Below are positions 35,128-44,938 of a DNA stretch of 64,000 nucleotides, in pieces; the first letter of the stretch is position 1, and each line of letters starts with the position of its first letter. The notes beneath the pieces were generated by a model that made no database searches, was not told where the DNA came from, and saw only the letters and a list, made by a program, of their open reading frames with translations. Made by a program: the position numbers and the translations under genes. Source of the DNA: Methanonatronarchaeales archaeon. Its GTDB lineage: Archaea > Halobacteriota > Methanonatronarchaeia > JAANXF01. The stretch covers positions 10,537 to 74,536 of the forward strand of contig JAANXF010000015.1 in the NCBI GenBank assembly GCA_018263395.1, given 5' to 3'.

Positions 35128-36510
35128 CTACGAACCGGTTATCTCTTCCATGATGTCGGCGGCGGCGTCCCTCGCGCGCTCCGCCAGCTCCGGCGAGATG
35201 CGGCCCTCTGATACGTGGCCGTCCAGCTCCCCGGTGTCGAGCACCTCGACCTCGGAGTCCTGCACCAACACGTCTACGCAGAGGTCCATGTACCGGACCT
35301 CCCAGGGGTAGACCTCCACGGGGGTGTTTATGTTGATGTACATCCCGGTGGAGTCGCCTTCCTCAGTGAAGTACTCCGATATGATCATCCAGGACCCCTC
35401 CTCCACGGAGGTTACGGCGTAGTCGGCGTTCTCCGACGGCAGACCCTTTATGCCCCCCTCTATGTCGCGCTGCAGCTGAATCTCTCCCTCCTCGACGTCT
35501 ATGACGCGGCCGCGTCCGAAGCTCGGAGAGGAGCCGTCGGGCTTCAGGTGGGTGAATCGGAGGGAGTCCCCGACCTTTACGGGCTCTATCTCCCCCATCA
35601 CGGAGTCGAACCGCTCCAGCAGCGATTCGTCGTCGGTGAGCTGCTCGACGGCCTCCACGGCCAGGTCGTGGCTCCTGTCCGCGGCCTTGTGCTTGTGGTG
35701 TTTCGTGACCGTCGGGGCCACCTCGGCCCGTAGCTCGTCCAGGTGCCTCTTGGTGAATCCGGGTACGAGCAGCGTGCTCGCCGGGCTCCCCTCCTGAAGC
35801 AGTTCGGGGGCCACGCTCCTCCCCGCCCTCTTCTCCACCCGGTCGGCCACGTCCACGAGGTCCTCCACCTGCCCCCTCAGGAATTCGTCCCTGACGTCCC
35901 TCGCCGCGGTCCTCCACAGAATTCCGCGGTCGGTCTCGATGGAGTGGCCCAGGTCGTAGAGCCTCTCCCTCTCGTCCCTGTCCCTTATGGCCTTGGACAT
36001 CTTCACCCCGCGGCTCAGCAGCACCGCGTAGTCGTTTGCGTAGCTGATGTCCGTAGTGAGCACGGGGTTCTCGTCGGGGTCCGTCGGCAGCTCCACGATT
36101 TTTACGGTCAGCTCCTCTCCCTCCCGGAGCCTCTTCCTGGTGTTTCTGAAGGGCAGGAAGCCGTCGGTGGGTCCGAGGTCCACGAAGGCGGCGCGACGGT
36201 CCGGGTTCACGTTCACAACGGTGCCGCGATATATCGAGTTGAGGGCGAAGTCGAACCTCTTTACGCCGAGGTCCAGGAACTCGTCGGAGAGGTCGTCGAT
36301 AACGGCCTCCATGGACTCGGAGTCCCCGGACAGCATGACCTCGTGGCGGGAGTTCCCCTTCCCGACGGTGACGTCGGGGGGCGCGATGGTCTCCTCGACA
36401 CCGAGGTACCTCTGGATCTCTTCGGTGGGCTGCACTATCTCGTGCCCCCTGTCCCGCAGAACCCCGGCGAGCGGTAAAGAATAGATTCCTCTTAGCCTTG
36501 CGGATACCAT
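35128..36510 (-). CDS. FAU-1 / RNase E/G-like RNA-binding protein
   Basis: From the internal ATG at 36510: MVSARLRGIYSLPLAGVLRDRGHEIVQPT..., an S1-like core, and C-terminal YININTPVE (DUF402-type), as in Pyrococcus FAU-1. Confidence 0.7.
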   Translation of the reverse strand: MVSARLRGIYSLPLAGVLRDRGHEIVQPTEEIQRYLGVEETIAPPDVTVGKGNSRHEVMLSGDSESMEAVIDDLSDEFLDLGVKRFDFALNSIYRGTVVNVNPDRRAAFVDLGPTDGFLPFRNTRKRLREGEELTVKIVELPTDPDENPVLTTDISYANDYAVLLSRGVKMSKAIRDRDERERLYDLGHSIETDRGILWRTAARDVRDEFLRGQVEDLVDVADRVEKRAGRSVAPELLQEGSPASTLLVPGFTKRHLDELRAEVAPTVTKHHKHKAADRSHDLAVEAVEQLTDDESLLERFDSVMGEIEPVKVGDSLRFTHLKPDGSSPSFGRGRVIDVEEGEIQLQRDIEGGIKGLPSENADYAVTSVEEGSWMIISEYFTEEGDSTGMYININTPVEVYPWEVRYMDLCVDVLVQDSEVEVLDTGELDGHVSEGRISPELAERARDAAADIMEEITGS

Positions 36511-36581
36511 GCTTAATGTCGCTCCTTTTCGGGCTTCCCGTAGTTGGGTCCCGGGCCGTATAGTTCTTCTCCGGGGAGCGA

Positions 36582-36635
36582 TTAACACCGTTAACTTTAT
36601 GCGGCGGGGCGTGTAAAATCATTACAAAACGTTTT
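36582..36635. promoter_or_regulatory. cdh promoter region with two palindromes (TTAACACCGTTAA and AAAACGTTTT)
   Basis: TTAAC-ACC-GTTAA lies at 36582-36594. The perfect 10-bp palindrome AAAACGTTTT lies at 36626-36635, about 30 bp upstream of the cdhA ATG. Confidence 0.3.
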
Positions 36636-36665
36636 AGCGCCGCGGGACGAACTGGAGACGTAAGT

Positions 36666-39008
36666 ATGGAGAGCAGGAACGTCAGGCTCGACCGTCTGGA
36701 GAAGGGGGGGCTACAGGTCGAGGGCCTGGAACTCACAGTAGGGGATATAGAGAGGGAGGAGCTCTGGGACGAGCCCGCCGGGCCGTACCACCTCCCCGGC
36801 ATCAAGGACCTGCGGAGGTGGGACCATCTGCTGCTCGGGCGGTACGACTCGTCGTACGAGCCTACCCGGGACGTCTGTGACCTGTGCACCTTCGGTCCCT
36901 GCGACCTCACCGACGGGAAGAAGTCGGCCTGCGGACTGGACATATCCGGCCAGACCGCCAGGATGAACCTCCTCACGACGGTTATGGGGGCGGCGGCACA
37001 CCTCTCCCACGCCCGCGAAATCGTGGAGCACGTAATCGAGAAGTTCGGACCGGACGTGGAGATAGACATGGGGTCGAAGAACGACGTCGAGGCCCCGATG
37101 GTGAGGGTCATAGCGGGAACCATCCCGGAGACCGTGGGCGACCTCCTACCCGTAGTGGAGTACTGCGAGGAGGAGATGAATCACCTTACGTCCGCCACCT
37201 CCACCATGCAGGAGGGCTCCCCTCTGGAGTTCGACTCCAAGAGCCTTCACGCCGGAATGATGGACAACCTCGCGCTGGAAATCGCCGACATAGCGCAGAT
37301 ATCCGCCTTCGACATGCCGAGAGGCGACGAGGACGCGCCGCTGGCCGAGATCGGTATGGGTACGATGGACCCGGAGAAACCCGTGGTCCTCGCCATCGGG
37401 CACAACGTGGCGCCGGGTACGTCCATAATCGACTACATGGTCGAGAACGGCCTCGAGGAGGAGGTGGAGGTGGGCGCAGTCTGCTGCAACGCGCACGACA
37501 TGACGAGGATCAACCCGCACGTAAACGTCGTCGGCGCCCTCTCCAAGCAGGTGAAGTACATACGCACAGGGGCACCCGACGTGGTCGTCATCGACGAACA
37601 GTGCATCCGGGCAGACGTTCTGGAGGAGTGCCGGAAGGTGGGCGCCAGGCTCGTGGCCTGCAGCGGTCAGGCCGTACACGAGCTTCAGGACGTATCCGAC
37701 AGGGATCCCGGGGATATAGTCGAGATGATGGTGGATGGAGAGGACGGCGTCTTCCTGCCCGAGATAGAGAAGGTGGGTGAGGTCGCAATCGAGACCGCCC
37801 GCTCCGTATACGAGGACCGCCTCGGTCGCAAGGCGATACCGGAGGTGGACGAGCTTCAGGGGATAATAGACAGCTGTACGGAGTGCGGCAGGTGCGACCG
37901 CGCCTGCCCCGAGTTCCTGCCCATCACGGACGCCATGGTGGACGGCATGGAAGAGAACGGGGGGGACTGGTCCGGGCTGGAGGAGCTCTGGGACAGGTGC
38001 GTCGGCTGCACGAGGTGCGACGAGGTATGCCCCGTCATGGACCCCATGTCGGTGCAGGAGACGGCTTCTGAGCACCGCTGGAAGACGGAGCGCAACGTGG
38101 TCAGGACCGGCAGGGGTCCCATCAACGACACCGAGATAAGGAACGTCGGGGCACCGATAGTGCTCGGGGAGATACCGGGCGTCGTCGCCTTCGTCGGCTG
38201 CGACAACTACCCGGACGGGGGCAGGAGCGTCGCCGAGGTCATCAGGGACCTGGCGGAGCGTAACTACATCGTCCTTACCAGCGGCTGCTCCGCGATGACC
38301 GCCGGTGACCACACCTTCGAGGACGGCCAGACCGTGTACGAGATGTTCGACGGCCGTTTCGACAAGGGGTGCGTCTCCAACGTGGGTAGCTGCGTCGCCA
38401 ACGCCCACATCGTGGACGCAGCGCTGAAAATCGCCAACCTGTTCGCCAACGTCCCGCTCAGGGACAACTTCGAGGAGGTCAGCGACTACGTACTGCACCG
38501 AATAGGTGCCGTCGGAGTCTGCTGGGGCGTCTACCACCAGAAGGCCCTCGCCATCGCCAACGGCGCGAAGCGGTGGGGAATCCCGGTGGTTCAGGGCCCA
38601 CACGGCGTAAAGTTCAGGAGGCAGGAGCTTGGACGACCCGATCTGGACGAGCGCTGGGTCGTCAACGACGCCAACAGGGACTACGAGGAGGTGCAGATAG
38701 AACCCGCCCCGGAGCACCTGGGCTACAGCGCGGAGTCGATAGAGGAGATGGCGGTAATGGCCGTGAAGCTGTGCATGAGGCCGAACGACACGAGGCAGGG
38801 GCGGATGATAAAGCTCACCAACTACATCGACCTCTACCGGAAGTACTTCGACGAGTACCCGTCCGACCTCGCGAGGTTCGTGAGGCACGAGAAGGAGGTG
38901 CCCCTCACCGAGCGCGAGGAGGTAATGGAGGTGCTGGAGGATCGGGGCTGGGAGCCGAGGGAGACGCCCAACCCCACGATGCTGCGGGAGGAGGACCGCC
39001 TGATATGA
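36666..39008 (+). CDS. cdhA: acetyl-CoA decarbonylase/synthase subunit alpha (CO dehydrogenase)
   Basis: 780 aa with ferredoxin-type clusters CTECGRCDRACP and CVGCTRCDEVCP. First gene of the cdh cluster. Confidence 0.92.
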   Translation: MESRNVRLDRLEKGGLQVEGLELTVGDIEREELWDEPAGPYHLPGIKDLRRWDHLLLGRYDSSYEPTRDVCDLCTFGPCDLTDGKKSACGLDISGQTARMNLLTTVMGAAAHLSHAREIVEHVIEKFGPDVEIDMGSKNDVEAPMVRVIAGTIPETVGDLLPVVEYCEEEMNHLTSATSTMQEGSPLEFDSKSLHAGMMDNLALEIADIAQISAFDMPRGDEDAPLAEIGMGTMDPEKPVVLAIGHNVAPGTSIIDYMVENGLEEEVEVGAVCCNAHDMTRINPHVNVVGALSKQVKYIRTGAPDVVVIDEQCIRADVLEECRKVGARLVACSGQAVHELQDVSDRDPGDIVEMMVDGEDGVFLPEIEKVGEVAIETARSVYEDRLGRKAIPEVDELQGIIDSCTECGRCDRACPEFLPITDAMVDGMEENGGDWSGLEELWDRCVGCTRCDEVCPVMDPMSVQETASEHRWKTERNVVRTGRGPINDTEIRNVGAPIVLGEIPGVVAFVGCDNYPDGGRSVAEVIRDLAERNYIVLTSGCSAMTAGDHTFEDGQTVYEMFDGRFDKGCVSNVGSCVANAHIVDAALKIANLFANVPLRDNFEEVSDYVLHRIGAVGVCWGVYHQKALAIANGAKRWGIPVVQGPHGVKFRRQELGRPDLDERWVVNDANRDYEEVQIEPAPEHLGYSAESIEEMAVMAVKLCMRPNDTRQGRMIKLTNYIDLYRKYFDEYPSDLARFVRHEKEVPLTEREEVMEVLEDRGWEPRETPNPTMLREEDRLI

Positions 39009-39475
39009 CGCAGGCCCACTCCCCGGGAAACGTCAGGGTTAAACCGGGCGCCGACCTGAACGGCGCAATGCTGGGAAAGCTGCTGAATAGACCCGGCACG
39101 CTGTTCCTCGTGGGGTCGCAGTGGAAAGAGCTCCCGGACGGCGTGCTGGAGCCCCTCGTCGACGGCGGCGACGTGATACTGACCGGCAGCGCGAATCCGC
39201 CGGTAGAAAAGGTGGCGCGCATGGGCGTATCGGAGGCCTGCCACCTCCTCTGCAGCGAGGGATCCCTCGGGGGCGAGTACGGGCAGGTGGTGTTCGTCGG
39301 CATACCGCACCACATCGCCACCGGCATGCTCAGCAAGCTGAAGCACTACAGCGACGCTACGGCGATAAGTCTGGACAGGGGCTTCCAGCCCGACGCCAAC
39401 CTCGCGTTCCCCAACCTCTCCAGGGAGGACTGGGAGGAAGAGCTGGGGGAGGCCGTCGAGCGACGAAGCGCATGA
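39005..39475 (+). CDS. cdhB: acetyl-CoA decarbonylase/synthase subunit epsilon
   Basis: 156 aa from the ATG at 39005 (ATGA overlap with cdhA). Position and size fit CdhB. Confidence 0.8.
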   Translation: MTQAHSPGNVRVKPGADLNGAMLGKLLNRPGTLFLVGSQWKELPDGVLEPLVDGGDVILTGSANPPVEKVARMGVSEACHLLCSEGSLGGEYGQVVFVGIPHHIATGMLSKLKHYSDATAISLDRGFQPDANLAFPNLSREDWEEELGEAVERRSA

Positions 39476-39550
39476 ATAATCATGATGAATACTCGGAAGG
39501 CTTTTGTACTTCTGGAGACATCGAGGACCGCGAACTCAGAGGGTTGACAA

Positions 39551-40918
39551 ATGGCTTTTGAAGACATCCCGGTGGACATCGGAGCCGTGTACGAGGGTCA
39601 AAGAATTCGAAAGGGGGACTACCGCGTGGAACTGGGCGGAAAGAAGGCACCGGGCGCCGAGCTCGTGCGGGCCAGGGGCGCGGACGAGGTCGAGGACGGC
39701 CGCGTGGAGGTAATCGGCCCCGACATCGGAGACATGGAGGAGGGCGGCACCTACCCCTACGGCGTGTACATAGAGATGGCGGGCGAGGACCTGGACCGCG
39801 ACCTGGAGTCCGTCGTGGAGAGGCGGCACCACGAGTTCACCAACTACATCGACGGCGCCATGCACCTCAACCAGAGGGACGCCATCTGGATACGTATCGA
39901 CGACGAGGCATTCGAGAAGGGCATGAACTCCCTCGAAATCGTGGGCAGGGCCCTGATCGAGCTCTTCAAGCTGGAGATGGACTACATCGAGAATATGCAG
40001 GTCACGTTTTACACCGACGAGGCCGAGGCGGAGAACCTCGTCGAGAGGGCCCGCGAAATCTACGAGGAGAGGGACGCGAGGGCCCGCGACCTCCACGAGG
40101 AGGACGTGGACAACTTCTACGGCTGCAACCTCTGCCAGAGCTTCGCCCCGGACCACGTGTGCGCCATCACGCCGGACCGCATCTCGCTCTGCGGCTCCAT
40201 AACGTGGTTCGACGCACGGGCCGCCGCCCGCGTCGACCCCGACGGACCGTACTTCCCCATACCGAAGGGCGAGAACGTGGACGAGGAGCACGGCGAGTGG
40301 ACGGGGGTAAACGAGGCCGTAGAGGAGAGAAGCGGGGGCGTACACGACCGCATCTGGCTCCACACGGTGTTCGACAACATACACACGAGCTGCGGCTGCT
40401 TCGAGGCCCTCGCCTTCTACATGCCTGAGGTCGACGGGGTCGGGATCGTGGACCGCGACTACTCCGGAGATACCCCGTACGGCGTATCGTTCTCCACCCT
40501 TGCGGGGCAGGCCGGCGGAGGAAAGCAGGTGGACGGCATACTCGGCATCGCCGTGGAGTACCTGAGGTCCCCCAAGTTCCTGGAGGCGGACGGAGGCATG
40601 GAGCGCGTGGTCTGGATGCCTGAGCACATAAAGGAGCGCATCAGCGACGCGATCCCCGGGGAGCTGGTGGACAAAATCGTGACCGAGGAGACAACCATCG
40701 ACGTCGCCGAGCTCAGAGAGGAGCTCGAGTCCCGTGGACACCCGGTATCGGAGCGGTGGTTCGAGGTCACGGACGAGCTCGTGGAACGGGCCGTGGATTA
40801 CATCAGGTCAACCGGCGGCAAGGTCAAACCGGCCGAGGCCGCGGAGGAACTCGGCATAGACAGGGACCAGTTCATGGAGCTCGTGAAGGAGCTCAAGAAA
40901 AGAAAGATACTGGCCTAG
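39551..40918 (+). CDS. cdhC: acetyl-CoA decarbonylase/synthase subunit beta (acetyl-CoA synthase, A-cluster)
   Basis: 455 aa with CNLCQSFAPDHVC...SLCGS and HTSCGCFE cluster-binding motifs. Ends at TAG 40916-40918. Confidence 0.92.
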   Translation: MAFEDIPVDIGAVYEGQRIRKGDYRVELGGKKAPGAELVRARGADEVEDGRVEVIGPDIGDMEEGGTYPYGVYIEMAGEDLDRDLESVVERRHHEFTNYIDGAMHLNQRDAIWIRIDDEAFEKGMNSLEIVGRALIELFKLEMDYIENMQVTFYTDEAEAENLVERAREIYEERDARARDLHEEDVDNFYGCNLCQSFAPDHVCAITPDRISLCGSITWFDARAAARVDPDGPYFPIPKGENVDEEHGEWTGVNEAVEERSGGVHDRIWLHTVFDNIHTSCGCFEALAFYMPEVDGVGIVDRDYSGDTPYGVSFSTLAGQAGGGKQVDGILGIAVEYLRSPKFLEADGGMERVVWMPEHIKERISDAIPGELVDKIVTEETTIDVAELREELESRGHPVSERWFEVTDELVERAVDYIRSTGGKVKPAEAAEELGIDRDQFMELVKELKKRKILA

Positions 40919-40933
40919 CGCCCTCTAGATGGG

Positions 40934-41128
40934 ATGAGCGAAGAAGAAGTACTCGAGCTGTCTCTCGCAGGGGAGGACGAGGGGGACGAGCTCTCATCCA
41001 AGCTCGCCGGGGAGGAGGAACCCGCGGGGGGAACCGCTGCATCCGGCCCCCCGACCGGGGGCTGGGTCATTACCCTGAAGAACCCCACGATAAAAATCGA
41101 GAAGCTCGTGGTCAAGCGGGAAGAGTGA
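40934..41128 (+). CDS. 64-aa acidic ORF in frame with cdhC (probable detached C-terminal extension of CdhC)
   Basis: MSEEEVLELSLAGEDEGDE...GGWVITLKNPTIKIEKLVVKREE. It is in the same frame as cdhC, separated only by TAG plus 5 codons. Confidence 0.5.
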   Translation: MSEEEVLELSLAGEDEGDELSSKLAGEEEPAGGTAASGPPTGGWVITLKNPTIKIEKLVVKREE

Positions 41129-41132
41129 GGCG

Positions 41133-42326
41133 ATGAACCTGGAGGACCTCCTCGCGCAACTCGGCCTCGAGCCAGGGGACCTGTCCGGGGAGGGAGATCT
41201 CGAATTCGAGGACGTGGAGGTAGAGGCCGACGAGGCCCTCCTCAGGGGCCCTCCGATGAGGATCGTCGTACCCCCCGGGGAAGCCGGGGGGGCGGCGGAG
41301 ACCGGGCCGTCCTTCGATTGGCGAGAGTTCGGCGACTTCGAGCCCATACTGGAGGAGGCGAACCTCCCCATCGAGGAGGTCAGGTTCGGGAACACCCGAT
41401 CCGACGGTGGAACCAGGAAAGAGGTGGTGAAGCTCGGGGGCGAGCGCGCCATGCCGTTCTACATGGACGCGGAGAACCCGAACGACCCGGTCCCCACGTT
41501 CGACGTGTTCGACATGCGGATAGGTCTCCCGAGGTCGATCAGGCAGCACTTCGACGAGGTCATGGAGGACCCGGGCGAGTGGGCGAAGAGGTCCGTGGAG
41601 GAGTTCGGGGCCGAGATGGTCACGGTGCACCTCGTCTCGACCGACCCGAACGTCGAGGACCGCTCACCCGGGGAGGCGTCGAAGGCCGTCGAGGACGTCC
41701 TGGAGGCCGTGGACGTGCCTGTGGTGATCGGGGGGAGCGGAAACCCGTCCAAGGACGTCGACGTCCTCGTCGAGGCGGCCGGGGTCGCGGAGGGGGAGCG
41801 CTGCCTCCTCGCCTCGGCCAACATGGACCTGGACAACCAGCGGCTCGTGGACGCCTGCCAGGAGTACGATCACAACCTGCTCAGCTTCGTCTCGATGGAC
41901 ATAAACGCCCAGAAGGAGCTGAACAGGAAGCTCCTGAAGATGGGTCTGGACAGGGACCGCCTCGTCATGGACCCCACGACGGCGGCCCTCGGGTACGGTC
42001 TGGATTACTCCCTCTCCCTCTTCCAGCGCCTGCGCCTCGACGGCCTCGGCGGCGACGAGGAGGTGAACTTCCCTCTGAGCTCCGCAGGCACCAACGCCTG
42101 GGGCGCCCGCGAGTCCTGGATGAAGGCGGGCGACAGGAACTGGGGCGACCGCATGAAGCGCGGACCGCTCTGGGAGACCATCACGGGACTCACCCTGATA
42201 CTCAGCGGCGCTGACCTGCTGATGGCGCTGCACCCGAAGAGCGTCTCGACGATTCAGGAGGTCGTGGAACGCATGAACGGCCGCGTGGACAGGACGGTTG
42301 AGGATAACTGGATAACGGCGGTGTGA
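41133..42326 (+). CDS. cdhD: acetyl-CoA decarbonylase/synthase subunit delta (corrinoid protein small subunit)
   Basis: 397 aa. Position in the cluster and TIM-barrel-type corrinoid/Fe-S small-subunit pattern. Confidence 0.85.
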   Translation: MNLEDLLAQLGLEPGDLSGEGDLEFEDVEVEADEALLRGPPMRIVVPPGEAGGAAETGPSFDWREFGDFEPILEEANLPIEEVRFGNTRSDGGTRKEVVKLGGERAMPFYMDAENPNDPVPTFDVFDMRIGLPRSIRQHFDEVMEDPGEWAKRSVEEFGAEMVTVHLVSTDPNVEDRSPGEASKAVEDVLEAVDVPVVIGGSGNPSKDVDVLVEAAGVAEGERCLLASANMDLDNQRLVDACQEYDHNLLSFVSMDINAQKELNRKLLKMGLDRDRLVMDPTTAALGYGLDYSLSLFQRLRLDGLGGDEEVNFPLSSAGTNAWGARESWMKAGDRNWGDRMKRGPLWETITGLTLILSGADLLMALHPKSVSTIQEVVERMNGRVDRTVEDNWITAV

Positions 42327-42327
42327 C

Positions 42328-43707
42328 TTGAGCCAGCAGCTATCGCCCATAGACGTTTACCAGAAGCTACCCGGCCTGAACTGCGCCGCCTGCGGCGTCA
42401 AGACCTGCATGGGTTTCGCGTCGAAGCTCATCGCCAGGGAACTCGATATAGAGGACTGCCCCCACATCACGAATCACCCGGCCAAGTACCACGAGCTGAA
42501 GGAGCTGCTGACGCCGCCGGTAAGGCCGGTGGAGATAGGCAGGGGAGAGCGGGCCCGGGCCCTCGGCGGAGAGGAGGTCCTCTACCGCCACGAACGCACG
42601 TACTTCAACCCCACCGCGCTCTTCGTCGACGTGCACGACGAGATGCCGACGGAGGAGCTGCGGGGCCGCGTCTCGACGATCGACGACTACGTGGAGGAGC
42701 GCATAGGCGTCGAACTGACACTCGACGGAGTTGCGGTTCGATGCAGGTCCGGCGAACCCTCCCGTTTCGCGGGGGCCGTGGAGGCGGCGAGGGATACGAC
42801 CGACCTGCCCCTCGTGCTGTGCACCCTGGACCCGGACTGCATGGAGGAAGGGCTCGAAGCGGCAGGTGACGCCCGTCCACTGGTTTACGGCGCGACGATG
42901 GAGAACGCGGAGGAAATGATTCCGCTGGCGAGGGAGCACGATGCGCCTCTAGCCCTCGTCTCAGGCGACCTGGACGAACTGAAGAGGCTGAGCAAGAACG
43001 CTGCCTCGAACGGCGTTACCGATGTGGTACTCGATCCGGTCGTTGACCCCTATAACCTGATGGACTCCGTCAACAGGGCCCTGCAGGTACGGCGCGCAGC
43101 CATGGAGAAGCGGGAGCACTTCAGGTACCCGATGCTGACGGTTCCCGCCGCGGTCCACGTTCCTGAGGAGGGCGACGACGCCGCGTACTGGGAGGCCACC
43201 GTCGCGGCCGTGATGGTGAACAGGTGGAGCGACGGACTGATTCTGCACTCCACGGAGGCCTGGGCCCTCCTCCCGCTCGTTACGCTGAGGCAGAACGTCT
43301 ACCAGGACCCCCGGGAGCCCGCAAAGGTGGAGTCGGGGCTCAGGGAGATGGGTTCGCCGGACGAGGCCTCGCCGGTAATACTGACCTCCAACTTCGCCCT
43401 GACCTACTACACCGTGGAGTCCGACGTGGAGGGGGAGGACGCCTGGATACTCGTGGCCGACACGGGGGGCCTCGCGGTCGACGTCGCGGTTGCCGGCGAC
43501 AAGCTGAACGAGGACGTGGTTAAGGACCTCATAGAAGAGACCGACGTCGAGGACAGGGTCGGTGAGAAGAGACTCATCCTGCCCGGGAAGGCGGGGAAGC
43601 TGTCCGGGAGAATAGAGGTCGCCACGGGCTGGGACGTCGAGGTCGGGCCCCAGGACTCGTCCGAGATACCGTCCTACCTCAGTGAGAGGGAGAGGGCGGA
43701 GGCCTAG
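42328..43707 (+). CDS. cdhE: acetyl-CoA decarbonylase/synthase subunit gamma (corrinoid Fe-S protein large subunit)
   Basis: 459 aa with N-terminal LNCAACGVKTCMGFASKL...CPH [4Fe-4S] motif. Confidence 0.9.
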   Translation: MSQQLSPIDVYQKLPGLNCAACGVKTCMGFASKLIARELDIEDCPHITNHPAKYHELKELLTPPVRPVEIGRGERARALGGEEVLYRHERTYFNPTALFVDVHDEMPTEELRGRVSTIDDYVEERIGVELTLDGVAVRCRSGEPSRFAGAVEAARDTTDLPLVLCTLDPDCMEEGLEAAGDARPLVYGATMENAEEMIPLAREHDAPLALVSGDLDELKRLSKNAASNGVTDVVLDPVVDPYNLMDSVNRALQVRRAAMEKREHFRYPMLTVPAAVHVPEEGDDAAYWEATVAAVMVNRWSDGLILHSTEAWALLPLVTLRQNVYQDPREPAKVESGLREMGSPDEASPVILTSNFALTYYTVESDVEGEDAWILVADTGGLAVDVAVAGDKLNEDVVKDLIEETDVEDRVGEKRLILPGKAGKLSGRIEVATGWDVEVGPQDSSEIPSYLSERERAEA

Positions 43708-43903
43708 AAACACGGGGGAACCATCCCATACCCGGGCCAAGGGTCACTGCACCGGACGGCGACGTCACCCTCGACCCGCACTATCGACCTCTGGCGAGAA
43801 CCCACCCACGTCCCGAGTGGCGTGAGTATGCGCAGGAGACGTCGCCGCAGAGGGGCGACGAGAGGGGCCCAATATTTCCATAGCGGAGTTACAACTACAA
43901 TCG

Positions 43904-44935
43904 ATGCGCCTCCTCGCGATCGGGACCTCGGTGCGGCACGTGGCCCAGTCCGCCTCCGAGTTCGCCGACGTGGTCGCGGTGGACGAGTTTTGCGACGTGG
44001 ACACGGAGCGTCACGCCGAGAGGTGTGTGCGGGTGGACGAGGTGAACGAGGAGTCGGTGGCCGGGGCCGCCAGGGACCTCGACTTCGACGCCGTGCTGAC
44101 TACGACCCCAAAGATCCCACCGGAGACGCCCGTCCTCGGCAACCCGGTAAAGGAGATGCGGCGCGTCGGCGACAAGCTCCTGTTCGCGAGGTACTGCGAG
44201 GCGAACGGGATCCCGCACCCCGAGACCTCGACGGAGCCGTCGGAGGGGACCCCGCTGGAGAAGCCGAGGCTGGCAGGTGGCGGCGTGAACAACCGCGTCG
44301 TCGAAGGCTCCACCCCTGCCCCGGGCATGGTGTACCAGGAGCTTCTGGAGGGAGACGTGCTCAGCGTCTCACTGCTCTCTGATGGCGAGGAGGCGAAGGT
44401 CGTTTCAGTCAACCGAAGTTTGGTCGAAGTGGAGGAGTGCCGTCCCCCGAATCGTTTCGCGTACTGCGGCAACCTTACGCCGACGGACCACCCTCTCGCG
44501 GAGGAGGCAGCCGAGATGGCGGGAGGCACGGTCCGGGACCTCGGGCTGAAGGGGTCGGTCGGCGTCGACTTCATCGCCGGTGGCGATGGTGTCGTTGCGC
44601 TTGAGGTGAACCCGAGGATCCAGGCCTCGCTCGACACTGTGGAGGTGGCCACCGGCCTCTCCGTCACTAGGCTGCACGTCGACTCGTGCCTCGGGAGGGA
44701 CCCGGCGGTTGAGCCGTCATTCGACTGTTACGCCTGCCGCCTCGTGGTCTACGCCGAGGAAGCCGTCGAGGCGCCGAACCTCTCAGGTCTCGGGTGCAGG
44801 GACGTGCCGGGACCGGGCTCCACGGTCGGTGAGGGTGAGCCGGTTACGAGCGTGCTGCGAACCGGTGGGTCGGCGGAGGAGGCGGTCCGGGAGGCGCGCC
44901 GCGCCGTCGCCCGGGTCAGGGCCACACTCGGGTGA
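43904..44935 (+). CDS. ATP-grasp family ligase (COG2232-like)
   Basis: 343 aa with an ATP-grasp pattern (...EKPRLAGGGVNN..., VYQELLEGDVLSVSLL, VDFIAGGDGVVALEVNPRIQ). Confidence 0.6.
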   Translation: MRLLAIGTSVRHVAQSASEFADVVAVDEFCDVDTERHAERCVRVDEVNEESVAGAARDLDFDAVLTTTPKIPPETPVLGNPVKEMRRVGDKLLFARYCEANGIPHPETSTEPSEGTPLEKPRLAGGGVNNRVVEGSTPAPGMVYQELLEGDVLSVSLLSDGEEAKVVSVNRSLVEVEECRPPNRFAYCGNLTPTDHPLAEEAAEMAGGTVRDLGLKGSVGVDFIAGGDGVVALEVNPRIQASLDTVEVATGLSVTRLHVDSCLGRDPAVEPSFDCYACRLVVYAEEAVEAPNLSGLGCRDVPGPGSTVGEGEPVTSVLRTGGSAEEAVREARRAVARVRATLG

Positions 44936-44938
44936 ACC

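Noticed and set aside
35363-37123. 586-aa minus-strand ORF spanning fau-1, the intergenic promoter and the cdhA 5' end
   Set aside because: It is an out-of-frame overlap of fau-1 and antisense to cdhA. The translation is an Arg/Gly/Pro repeat-like string, so it is spurious.
37146-38888. 580-aa minus-strand ORF (and 39536-40741, 401 aa) opposite cdhA/cdhC
   Set aside because: These are antisense to strongly supported cdh genes. They have no motifs, and the His/Val/Gly/Arg-biased composition reflects a stop-poor antisense frame.
40916-40918. TAG between cdhC and the 64-aa ORF decoded as pyrrolysine
   Set aside because: There are no pyl genes and no PYLIS-like evidence in the window. Pyl is known from other methanogen orders, and the position is in a non-conserved linker. 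Nonsense split or read-through is more parsimonious.
43708-43903. 196-bp untranslated region after cdhE with inverted 9-mers GGCGACGTC / GACGTCGCC as an ncRNA
   Set aside because: The repeat is built on the self-complementary GACGTC core. No further structure or motif (C/D, H/ACA) was recognised, so it is probably just the cdh terminator plus the ATP-grasp promoter.
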